A stretch of 64,000 nucleotides of DNA from Lytechinus pictus (taxonomy: Eukaryota): the NCBI RefSeq assembly GCF_037042905.1, contig NC_087245.1, forward strand, positions 12,524,001 through 12,588,000, given 5' to 3'. Below are positions 53,451 to 64,000 of this stretch, one piece after another (position 1 is the stretch's first letter; each line of letters starts with the position of its first letter). The notes under the pieces were generated by a model that saw only the letters and a program-made list of their open reading frames with translations, searched no databases and was not told the origin of the DNA. The position numbers were made by a program, and so were the translations under genes.

Positions 53451-53463
53451 CGTCGGGCAGAAT
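53451..53463 (-). CDS. Unknown secreted protein, 13-nt micro-exon (G-FCPT)
   Basis: Acceptor TTTCATTTTCGTTTCAG| and donor ACG|GTAAGT bracket 13 nt; phase 2 in, phase 0 out. Confidence 0.65.
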
Positions 53464-53834
53464 CTGAAACGAAAATGAAATCAGAAAGTTATTGAAAAAA
53501 ACTGCCAGCTATTTTCTAGATCTTTTATCGAAGAAAGCAACAATGCGTTGATTCTAATGTGAACCGTCAAAATTGGAATTGACGTCAGTTATCATTCTGG
53601 TCCGGTAGAAATTTCTTTGCCAATTCTCGTTTAACCAGTCTAAATAAATATGCATTTACAAACGCCCACCAATAGATCATGGTAATTATATTTCATTTAC
53701 AATCAGCATTTACCAACTTTTATCATTTAAATGATGTTTATATGAAATCACTTCTTGCGACTCTGATGTTACAAAAATAATACTTGGGATTATTATCTGA
53801 TAAGTAGCGATTCGTCGAGTCCAATTAAACTTAC

Positions 53835-53873
53835 CCCCTATAGAAAATTTCCAGGGCAGGATCCATGCTTTCC
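53835..53873 (-). CDS. Unknown secreted protein, 39-nt exon (Q-ESMDPALEIFYR-G)
   Basis: Acceptor TTCTTTACCTTTACAG|, donor GGG|GTAAGT; symmetric phase 2-2, open frame. Confidence 0.65.
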
Positions 53874-54823
53874 CTGTAAAGGTAAAGAATGTGATACGCG
53901 ACATAAGTATATTTTGAGGATTATCATAGTCATTTGGTCCTCTTTAAAATCATGGCGAGAAATCAAAGCGACTCACCAAAAAGATTAAACAACAATGGTG
54001 AAAATGCATTTGGAACAGAAAGTAGACATGGTCTGAACGTGGATAATATAATCGGGGGGGGGGGGGGGTTCATAATGTTGGATGTACAAGAAACGAAAAT
54101 TGAAGTTTTTCTTTTATTCATACCAGCTCAAATTCTTATCATATGGATATGTAAAAAAATTGAGGGTTCGGGAAATTCACTTCCATTTTAGAAACACCAG
54201 GAAAAATTGTGAATGAGATGAAAATCAACTAGAGCAAATTACGAACAACAATTGGAAATTTGTAGAAGAAACATTTGATGAGGGGATCAACGTATCAAAA
54301 TGAATGTAATTCTAGGTTTGGCATCCAGATGCCGATATACAAAGAGCACATCAAAGAGGACATGTCCTATACCCTAACCCAATCACAGTATATCAAGTCG
54401 TAAATTTTCAAAGAGCTGTAATATTTTGGTTTTATTTCTACATTTGAATAATATAGTATATATTCATTCTCAGCATTTCATCGCATTATGATAATAATGA
54501 TTAACATAGTATTGTTTCCAGTCAGATATATACATGGACAATGTTAACGACATAATATGCATATAAACTACTTAAAAAAACATTAATCGTTTCCATTATA
54601 GAGAAAGAAGCCTTTTCATTAGTTTTAACTGTTCAATTCGTTGGAGTTTTCTTTTCCCTTTACCTTTTTGCCATTTCTCTCTATTTAGGTCGGAGATTAT
54701 CGTCATTTATATTTTGAGAGACAAGGTTTACGCTGTATAATGTACACTTGGGGATTTAACAAACTAGGCTAGATTTTGTTAAACTCGCCCTTTTACAGTT
54801 TGACACATTAGTTGGATACTTAC

Positions 54824-54968
54824 TGACTCGATTGGGGAACCTTTTGATCCACGGATTCTCTTGATTGAGATTTATCATCAAGACAGACTGATGACGTCAA
54901 TCCGGAGATCAGACTGGAATATTTGGACAAGAAATCACTCAGCTTGGATGACATCGCTTCCAGGGTTT
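54824..54968 (-). CDS. Unknown secreted protein, coding exon 4
   Basis: Acceptor TTCATCTACAG|; KTLEAMSSKLSDFLSKYSSLISGLTSSVCLDDK...VPQSS is open in the phase-1 frame; donor CA|GTAAGT. Confidence 0.8.
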
Positions 54969-55259
54969 CTGTAGATGAATAACAAATATTTTGAGTGGGA
55001 TTATCTTAACTGGCATTTAATTAAAAATTGTTAAACCAGTCATAAGTTATTTAAATTGGCAAGGACTGCTGATCCGTTCCTTGCTGATCTGTCCATTGCA
55101 ACAAAGTATGAAAAAATCTTAATATCGTATTCAACTTCATGGATACTTATTTCAAATAGCAGAATGTATGCTATTGACAATATGAAACATTTTCAGACAT
55201 TTGCAATAAAAAGCAAAGGGGATAAGAATATATTACTTGTTTTGCATGTTAGGAATACC

Positions 55260-55400
55260 TGGGCCCCGTTTTACAAAGAGTTACGATTGATCCGATCAAT
55301 TTCAAGTATACAGGTATATGGAAATCCATCAATGTCATAATTTTTATTCGGTAAAGTTGCACAATATCCTTTGTAAACAAAGAGAAGCGCAGTGAATAAG
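55260..55400. mobile_element. Truncated GGGCCCC-type MITE in an intron of the minus-strand gene
   Basis: GGGCCCCGTTTTACAAAGAGTTACGATTGATCCGATCAA end resembles the other GGCCC-terminal MITEs in this window; the second TIR is not clear. Confidence 0.4.
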
Positions 55401-55668
55401 ATACATATGAATATACATCATAGAAAATATTCTAAAACAAACATTCAGAAATGTACCAGGTCCCAGTTCCCGATTTGAAATTTTTGCGATCATTTCTAGT
55501 CTAAAACAATAAGGTTTTTTAATTGCTAACAAAATGTAAGTTTCCCCGGCTCTTTCATGCCCCCCTCCCCCTATTTATGAAATCTTGGATCTATTTCAGG
55601 CCAAGTTCCTCCCATGGATGTCCCAAAACGAAAAGAAAAGTGAGCCAATTCTCGAATATAAGACTTAC

Positions 55669-55845
55669 TTTGGTCCGTCTCGCCATGGGCAAGGAGGTTA
55701 CTGACATATTCGATCCCGTGAGCGATCAGGGTTGCTGTATCAGTATGAGTCTTGATCTCTTCTCTCTTCGACACAAGGTAGGGGAGTGCAGGGGAGAACT
55801 TGGGCTCAGATTTGGCCTTGCACTTGTATATAACGGTCATGTCGA
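55669..55845 (-). CDS. Unknown secreted protein, coding exon 3
   Basis: Acceptor CCCCTTTTTTGCAG|; IDMTVIYKCKAKSEPK...LLAHGETDQ; donor CAAA|GTAAGT; phase 1-1. Confidence 0.85.
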
Positions 55846-56333
55846 CTGCAAAAAAGGGGAGAAATACACGTTATAATTCTCGCTTTGGCCAGAATGAGGG
55901 ATCCCAAAAGAGTGAATAGAGTTCTTGCGACAAGTCTGAGTGTTGCTCAGTGTCAGAAAATTTTATCACATATTGCCAACCACACAGGGATAACGCTTGT
56001 CATGGTATACTATTTCGTAGTTGTAGTTCAGTATTCAATCAAAACTCGAAGTCGTACTCATATTGTCAAAAGAATCGCAAATTATCAGTACAATGTTGTC
56101 AGAATACTAGTTATTCCTTTGCCTGTGATTATGTAATTATAGTACATATAATACATTGGGATCATCGTCAGGACTCGGGTTGACCGAGTTGCATTTCGTT
56201 ACATTTTAAAAGTTACGTGTACACAATGAGTCAATGACCATGTTTACAAGTAAGGAATAATCATACGAGTGCTTTGAAGCACGAGAATATTGTTTTGGAA
56301 GTTTTTTGTTTTATGTAAAATATACAAACTCAC

Positions 56334-56400
56334 TATCTGGAACGATGACGCTTGGAATAGAAACGCCAGTCTTGACAGCAATGCTGTGTATTTTCGAAAT
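56334..56400 (-). CDS. Unknown secreted protein, coding exon 2
   Basis: Acceptor CTTTTCTCTTTTTCAG|; ISKIHSIAVKTGVSIPSVIVPD; donor ATA|GTGAGT; phase 0 in, phase 1 out. Confidence 0.8.
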
Positions 56401-56655
56401 CTGAAAAAGAGAAAAGGCGATCTAAATTTTCAAAAGACCAGGATCTCTCAAAGTAAAATTAACCAAGTCTCGATGTTCAACAAGTTATGAGTTAGTTAAC
56501 CCTATTTTTTGCATTCACAATGACACGAAATACTCGTTTGATTGTATTTTGCAAAATGGTATTCCAAGATTTGGAATAATTCTCATTTATCCTGTTGAAT
56601 TCTGTAGCATATAATGTAAGCTTTGTCTTGTAGCAAGATAGTATTTTAAGCCTAC

Positions 56656-56895
56656 CTGTAAATCAAGAGACGACATCGCCGACATCAAGGGAGAGAGCAT
56701 TTCGACGACTGCCATGTGAGAAACGCTCTGGATATACATGGCGCTGTCCACGATCGTCTCATCGTTCGACTGCGCATCGGAGTGAACGGTGTCGGTCGAT
56801 TGCGACTGTGATGTTGATGGTTTGGCGTCGGTCGATGAGACGGGGGTGCCGCAAGCCATAGCGACGGCGCAGAGAAGGAGGAGAACGGACTTCAT
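56656..56895 (-). CDS. Unknown secreted protein, coding exon 1 (signal peptide MKSVLLLLCAVAMACG + S/T/D-rich segment)
   Basis: GC-rich coding-like sequence, AAGATGA start context, typical signal peptide, donor CAG|GTAGGC after 80 codons. Confidence 0.88.
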
Positions 56896-57015
56896 CTTCT
56901 ATAGATAGGAAAGTAGCAACCTGTCGTGTAGAACTATGATGTCTTGAGACACAGTGTAGTTGGACGTGCCCTGTAACTCCTCGAAATCCTTCTGCATGCG
57001 AGCTGCGAATGACAA

Positions 57016-57023
57016 TTTATATA
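57016..57023 (-). promoter_or_regulatory. TATA box of the minus-strand gene
   Basis: TATATAAA on the - strand about 120 nt upstream of the ATG; C/EBP-like TTGCGCAT about 55 nt further upstream. Confidence 0.6.
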
Positions 57024-57397
57024 CCCTTAACAAGGGTGTATGAATTGACAAGGGGGAAATAATTAAACCACTCATGCGCAACTGTTGCTCCAACAATAAT
57101 GAAATGTTATGCCAAAACCCCAAATAATGACAATTAGGTATGCTTTCTAACTGATTCAAATTTATGGATGCTTCTTTTTTGCAAACCTAGTTACGAGGTA
57201 TTCCTTTTACCATTATAGATAAACATTAATACATGGAACTCAGTTTGCATACATTACTTGTTGCTATGTCTGGCATGTCTTTAGAAAGATTTAAGGTTCC
57301 AAGAACATTCATTTGTTTGAAAAGTATGCATACAATTTGAATGTAATTATAGTAAAGAGATCTATTTGAGAGCGATTCACTCGTCAGCAGATTAGTT

Positions 57398-57561
57398 ATA
57401 CCTTGGTCACATTTGCTCTACGGCGGCCGTACGGCGAGTCGAAAACAGCCGTTTTAACATTTTTTGTACCAACTACATATTGGTGGTTTGCATTAAAGTT
57501 AATAAAACGGCTGTTTTCGACTCGCCGTACGGCCACCGTAGAACAAATGTGACCAAGGTAT
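57398..57561. mobile_element. Young palindromic MITE with ~60-bp near-perfect TIRs
   Basis: ATACCTTGGTCACATTTGCTCTACGGCGGCCGTACGGCGAGTCGAAAACAGCCGTTTTA and its reverse complement (2 mismatches) around a ~45-bp spacer. Confidence 0.9.
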
Positions 57562-58576
57562 CACTGAATAGACCAACAAAATGCCTGGTTGAATTTTCTG
57601 CGCTTGCATTCATGGGAACTTTGTTACGAGATATCCTTTTAACATGTGAGTAAAGAATGCACTACAATGCTTGGAATCTAGTTTGTTTAACTATTTGATC
57701 CATCTACATGCAAAACGGTGGTGAGCTTTCAAGTTATCAAAAATAATCTTTGTTAAAACGTGATCCTAATTGTAAAATGAAGTCCGATGAATAACTTTAA
57801 CTTAGTGCCAGTAAACAGGTGTATTATGAAAACGGTCTTGTCAAGTTCACGAATATGAATGGACCTATTACTATTGCTTGGGGAAGCAATATACCATTTC
57901 GTAGTTACCTCATGGGCAATTTTGGTCTAATGACCTTTCATTTCTTTCATTATGATATTCAGAATTCAGAGCAGGATATTACGTAAGCAAGCCTTACATA
58001 GCAGGACGAAGAAATTGAATACACCAGGTGACTAGAATAGCACACCAATGAACAACATATGAAGGTATTAGTTGCATTTCTACTTTGAATGCATTAGCAT
58101 GGTGGCCAACTGTGAAATACCAATCGCTAGTTGACGCATTGTTTTATCTTTTATCTTTTTTTTTTTTTTTGCTTTTTGGGGTGAATCTATTGAAAAACAC
58201 AAATCAAAAGAATATATGAATAATCAAGACATCAATGTTGTTTTTTATCTCATTAAACCATCATGTCACTTGAGTACCAATGACCTTCTTCTAATCATGC
58301 ACAGAATGGAACTACCAACTGACTTATTTATACAAGCTTAGCTTTACACACGTATGCAATTAAAACTCTGCCTGTTGAAATAAGTCATTCTTGACAGGTG
58401 AATTCAATAGCTTGTTGTAATTTTGTAATATATTCATCTGGAAAATGGTCCCCAATGCCTAAGGTATGGAAGTATAGTTTCCTTAACAATTTGATATATA
58501 TCACGTCAAACAGTTCATCGCCATGACCCAAAACGAATTTGTCTTATTTAGATTTTATCCATGTAGATTTCATAGA

Positions 58577-58827
58577 CATGGCCGTACGCAGCAGGGGGCA
58601 CTGCCCCCCCCCCCCGCCCCTTCAGAGAGTTTGAAAACTTACACATTTTTACTGAAAATTTTCAAAAAATTAACCAAAAGTATGTTAGAAATCCTTCAAT
58701 TTCACTGTACAAGATGCAAAAGCTCCCCAATGACAAGCTTGGTCGCTTTCCTTTCTTGATTTTGAGTTTTTACCCAAAAAGTTTAAGCTTCCTGCCCCCT
58801 AGCAAAAAAAATGTGCGTACGGCCATT
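58577..58827. mobile_element. hAT-like MITE with an 8-bp target-site duplication
   Basis: TIR ATGGCCGTACGCA / TGCGTACGGCCAT; flanks TTCATAGA (58569-58576) and TTCATAGG (58828-58835). Confidence 0.8.
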
Positions 58828-59858
58828 TTCATAGGCCTGTGTAAGGGATTATAATAAATTTACTGATTCTAGGAATCAAATGTATATAGATTACTTTTTG
58901 CTTTGTCTGACAAATCTCTTACAAGCGCTGTGGACAACGTGTTTAAAATCCGTTCAAAAGGAATTCTTTTAGATGCTTTTGCATGCATCTATGTCTATTC
59001 AAGGAGATTCAAGGCGAAATCATTGCTTTTAGTATGCACGAAGAAATAGCGCCACCCCTTCCGCACAAACGTGTTTTCACCATCCTTTTAACTTTTAACG
59101 AGGAATTTATTTTTATCGTTATTAATAAATAGACTGCAATACTTGAAACCATGTTTGCATACATACATCACTTGTTGTTACCTTACCTGGCATGCTTTGG
59201 TGTTTAGAATTTAAATGTTTTGTTCTCTGTGAGCATTTTTTGTTAGGGGCTCAGTGGTGTTACGAGTCTCACATCTTTAGGCCAGACATGGCGTAAACGG
59301 GCAAAAAACTGCGAGTAATCGAAGCGAGCGAGCAACAATTTTGACCTCTTTCAAATATAAAATATTTTTTTCTTTAGCTTTGCTAAGAGTTTTTAGATAT
59401 GTATAATATTTCACCCATATATTTTTCTTTCTTTTATACTTTTTTTGGGGAGGGGGTCCATTGCGCCAAGGCCTAAATATGAACGCAAACGGGGAAGAAT
59501 AGTCCTTTACTCTGAAGTTTTAAGTATATTTAAGACTAAGTACTATATTTACATGTAAGGACTAAATAAAAAATGCGAGCGCGAAGCGCGAACTGACATT
59601 TTGAAAAATTGACATGAAAATGAGCCATCTTGAGGACTCTTATCGCTTTTAAATGATTGTTTTCCTTTTCAACACTCTTAAATGTCTTTTGTATATTCTC
59701 CACTTATTTTACAACATTAATCGGAAAATAGAATACTGAAACAAACATCAATGGCATACAAAAGGGTATTAAAATAAACGGGGCACACTCATGCACTAGT
59801 TTTCGGAGAGGGATAAAAAAAACATGTATTCTCTCCTTCGCCACAGATTATTTCATTT

Positions 59859-60052
59859 TTCGGATTAACGAACCTTATATTGTTTTCGGATTAACGAACC
59901 TTCGGAATAACGAACCTTATTTCGCTTTCGGACTAACGAACCTTCGGAATTACGAATCTTATTGCGTTTTCGGACTAACGAACCTTCAGAATAACGAACC
60001 TTCGGAATTTTCGAACCTTCGGAATAACGAACCTTCGGAATTACGAATGTCA
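59859..60052. repeat. Minisatellite of ~10 copies of TTCGGAnTAACGAACC with a 42-bp higher-order period
   Basis: Units at about 59859, 59885, 59901, 59927, 59943, 59969, 59985, 60001, 60018 and 60034; probably the subterminal array of a non-autonomous transposon. Confidence 0.85.
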
Positions 60053-60661
60053 CCTATATCACCCCCCCCCCCCCCCCCATTAACACCCATGGCAATAACC
60101 CATGTATAGCCTTTAAAGTGTACGTCATTTACAGTATCCATTCCTTTTGTTTTTATTTTATTTGTCGTATTTCATTGCAAAGGTGTTATTTTTACTTTTC
60201 TTCTAACAATGTAAACACTCAATCATTAGACTTACAGAAGTATCCTCAATAGCGAGAATATACTCAACAATGAATCTTTAATTCGTCCATGTTTACTCCA
60301 GAGGTGAGCTAATAAGTAGAACATCAAATATATGTAGCTCATTGTTATATTACGCAATCTTTCTATTTACTGACGACTGTTCAGACTCTTTTCCTAAGAT
60401 ATGACTCTGGGCTATATTGGGAGGGGGCTTTAAAATCATTGACCAATGTTACTCGTACATCTGTGCGTGCAATTCTGGTCAATAAAGTATAACGGTGTCA
60501 CAAAAGTGAATATAATTAGAGGTGCAAGTCTTGACATGTACATGTAGATATATAAAAATTATTGCGCCAAGAATTCATGGTCGAAATGAAATACATCCCT
60601 GTCAGTGCATATACAAGACAAGGCCATAAAATGTGGATCTTATGGCTTGTTTTTCTATCAA

Positions 60662-60915
60662 ATTATATTATTAATAATAATCATTATTATATAGCGCTCA
60701 AATACTTACTTTATCAGAAATCTCCAAGCGATTTACAATAATACAGCATAATTACCCTAACTTTAGCAGCGAAGCTGTTATGTGTCCTGTTTTTATGGAA
60801 TAAATTCCTATACCTGGTACCCATTCACCTCATCTAGCTGGGTTGAATGTAGCACAATGTGGGTTAATTTCTTTCCGAAGGAAAACACGCCATGGCTTGG
60901 AATCGAACTCATGTC
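60662..60915 (-). mobile_element. 5'-truncated tRNA-derived SINE (CORE-like body, L2-type tail)
   Basis: Minus strand: B-box GAGTTCGATTCC, then TTAACCCACATTGTGCT...ACCCAGCT...AATGGGTACC, ending GAGCGCTATATAA plus an ATT-rich tail. Confidence 0.7.
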
Positions 60916-61814
60916 CAAAGTTTTGGTCACATACCCCCCCCCCCCCCCAAAAAAAAAAGTCTCCACAGAGGGACATTATTCTCATGACAAAATATCATGT
61001 AAGTCTTATTTATATTTATATTTTTCTTCAATGGTAAAACGATGAGGACTTCATCAATATATCTTCGCTATATCTTAATGGGTTTGGGAATACAATAGTG
61101 ATGTTTGTATCATCACTGTTTAGTTATTATTGCAAATATGTTTTATTAATGTAATCCAACTTTGATCCAAATAAATGCAAACTGAAGTTCAATAATTATA
61201 TGCATCTGATTGTATGTATACACGCTGTGGGGAAGGTTGCCCTGATTTTTTTCCAAACAGTAAGTAAACGTCTGGAAATTTGTGAAAACTTTGAATAAAT
61301 TTTGTTTTGTAAATTAACTTTTTGAAGACGAATTTTCACAAATTGAACAAATTTAGACCAAAGATCCATTAATTTCAAAATATTTGTTAACACTTCAGCT
61401 CATTCGCTTCGTGACCTCGTTTTTCCTGTTCTATAACATTTAACGTTGCTTTGCCCCCCCCCCCCAGAAAAACTTGCGAGCGGAATTCGGTTTAACATGT
61501 TTTTGACAGCATGTTGCAAATATTGCATCTTTTTAACAAGTAGTATTTGTTGAATGCCAAATATTCAGCAAACATAGTTCAATAATGAGCTGGTGTCAAA
61601 TATCGTATTCATAATTCTATATTTTACCATGATGTATAACCAAACAATATTAAACAGTTGGATACATTGTTTTATCAGGAGTGATTCGGAATTTCATAAA
61701 AGTGTGTTTGTGTGTGTGGGGGGGGGGGGGGTGGGGAAAAATCTCTAATATTCTCTGTAAACTTTACTTAAAGAGAGGTTTATATCCTTTTGAAATGTTT
61801 TTATGAAGGTTTGA

Positions 61815-62250
61815 GTTCAAAGGGGCGAGTATTTCATTAGTGGGGGCACAATGCCAAAGTTTGAAAATTTGGTCAAACTGGGCACCACACCCTGTGCCAA
61901 TGGATCCGGGTATGATTTGATTGTTCTAATGCTGCATGGACTCGGTCTGCCTTTTAGCAGGTGGACGAAAAATAAACAATCCATTGGCTCCTTTAGACCT
62001 TTACTCATCAAAACAATGACATCATACCTTAAAATGTCATCTTAAGGACATCCAATGCACTTGTAGTCCAATTCACCTGTAAATAGCAGGGATGGGTCAG
62101 GGATTGGGGACACTTTCGTGCCCCAAAAAATGTGGAAAGCAAAAAACGTTATCACCACACGTTAAAAAATTATAAGTAAAAGAACTTTTAAAAAGGGAGA
62201 AAAGAGGATGTTCCAAAGTCAGCCAGGGTGCTCCTGGATCATCTCCTGGT
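61815..62250 (-). mobile_element. Possible decayed LINE RT fragment
   Basis: FFVHLLKGRP...SIRTIKS...LAQGVVPSLTKF loosely resembles FIxxFLxxR...VR...GVPQGSVLSPTLF; weak. Confidence 0.3.
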
Positions 62251-64000
62251 AATAAAACATTGATATTAACATAAAATCGTTCAAAATGAGAACAAATGAA
62301 ATGTAGAATAGGAGACAAACAGAATAATAAAAGGGAAAGAATGTGTACAACAAAATTATAGATACCTAACACCATGCCAATTAAAAACAAATTATGAGTA
62401 GATAGCTGACCCTGTGGGTACAATTTTTTTTTTATGATAAAGTTATGAATTATAATAATCACTTGATTTGAATTCAAATGGTAAAGAATTGAATAGAGAA
62501 CCTGACAAATGTTTGAACCTCGACATCATTTCATTCGATGGCTATATCTGAACGTGCGCAAATTCTTTCAACGCAGTAAGTTCGCATTCTTACTTCAGAC
62601 ATAAGATGTTCAATTATTCGGATTTACCTTCTTTTAAGGCATACAGTATGTTTAGCAATAACATATGTTAATCAAAAGAAGAAATACGTATGAAAGATAT
62701 GAGACCAATGAAATTGAATCGATTTACTTTATTTATTAGGCTCGTAGCCTTATGGTCATTAGAACGCTGAAGCCACTCAGTGATTAAACCTTAAGGTCCA
62801 TTTCAACTTTATGGTATCACATTCTCATTATTTTCTAGATTATCTTCTGGGTGAGTCATATCCTGTTTCCAAGATATTTGAATCTGTATATCACATCTAT
62901 ATAGATAGTTATATAGGGTTTACATTTACTTGGTTTCTGAACAAAATAATTTATATTCTCACAATATTGGATCAAAATATTTGAAGACCCGGCTTTAGTA
63001 TGTTACCAACTCATTTACCAAACACTGATCATTCTAACCCTGCATCTCCCATACTTTTATTTCGAAAGAAATGAGCAGGAAACGATAATAAAAAAAATCA
63101 TTAGTGCAAAAACGAATTTCGATTTTTGTTTTGGTATTATTATTTTAGCCTTCAAAAGAAGTCTGGACTATTACAACGACAAAACTATTTTTTATATGTA
63201 TTTGATGGTGGGCCTTGATGAAACCCTAATAAATTATTTTACTCGAAGTAATTAAAAAGAAAGCAAGATTTGATATATATTGTATTCTAGAAAACCCAAA
63301 CTAGTGGATAATTGCATATTTTACTACAGAATAGACCTAATCATTACTGTCATGATGTTTAATGACTATTTTCTTTCTGCCCGTCAGTCCAACTTTCTTT
63401 CTGTCTCTTCCATTTTGTCGTTTATATACAATACACCCCGTTTTTATTCGCCGACTGTGATGCGTATCGCAAACCATGCGAGCAATGAAAAGGATATGTT
63501 GTTGTTGGGCTTCATAATCATTCCGTATCCCAAACATACATAATTCCACAAACAATTCTTTACACAACCAAGTAGGCCTAGTTTTTGTTAATTATACCAA
63601 AACTTGAAACATCAGAGACCTTTACAACCCCTTTTCCCAAAATACAAATTCATGCACAATGTTCCAGAAACATGTTGGACAAGCATTTCCAGTTATTTAT
63701 CATGCATGTTTTACTTGAGTCAATACCATCATGAGACATGATCTTGTTTTTATAAGCATTAAATCTTTATTCTGTTGAGCTTAGCAGCTCGGTGATCCAA
63801 TTTATGCAGTTATCTTTGTGTCCCCAACAACTGTCTCGTGCAATGTGTTCATACAGTCAATTCGGAAGTTTAAAAAGGTCCATATCCACTCCCTCCCAGC
63901 CCTCCTGTTTATATGTCTCTTTTGTTACCGGACTACAGCGTACATTGCTACCATGTCAACAGTCAATACTCAACGGAGATTGTGTGCTCTTAAAGCTGTG

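Noticed and set aside
52710-56895. Minus-strand gene as the neurotrophin or TNF ligand of the neighbouring receptor
   Set aside because: No six-Cys cystine-knot pattern and no TNF homology domain; only 3-4 Cys in the mature protein.
59859-60052. CRISPR-like array or heat-shock/STAT element cluster
   Set aside because: Eukaryotic context, no unique spacers and no cas genes; the TTC-G-GAA spacing fits neither a three-unit HSE nor a STAT site.
6450-62860. Repeated AP-1 sites (TGA(C/G)TCA) across the window
   Set aside because: About nine seen versus about eight expected by chance in 64 kb; no enrichment.

Overview
AT-rich, repeat-rich eukaryotic genomic DNA. The repeat families and gene content suggest an echinoderm, probably a sea urchin; this is inference. 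Two spliced protein-coding genes can be assembled by hand with canonical GT-AG junctions and consistent phases. (1) A + strand p75 neurotrophin receptor (NGFR/TNFRSF16) orthologue of 457 aa in 5 coding exons (4359-4445, 46093-46693, 47555-47771, 48668-48807, 49414-49742). It has a signal peptide, 4 TNFR cysteine-rich domains, a TM helix with the conserved Cys and a death domain. Its signal-peptide exon lies 41.6 kb upstream and is invisible in the ORF track. (2) A convergent - strand, TATA-box gene (56895 to about 52700) that I do not recognise. It encodes a secreted, probably helical protein of about 233-261 aa whose C-terminus is built from 39-, 13- and 17/22-nt micro-exons that allow three different C-termini. 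The giant p75NTR intron holds candidate enhancers (a perfect DR4 nuclear-receptor element, RFX X-boxes, CREs), tRNA-derived SINEs, many palindromic MITEs, and decayed LINE and Tc1 relics. No CRISPR array, rRNA or intact tRNA gene was found.
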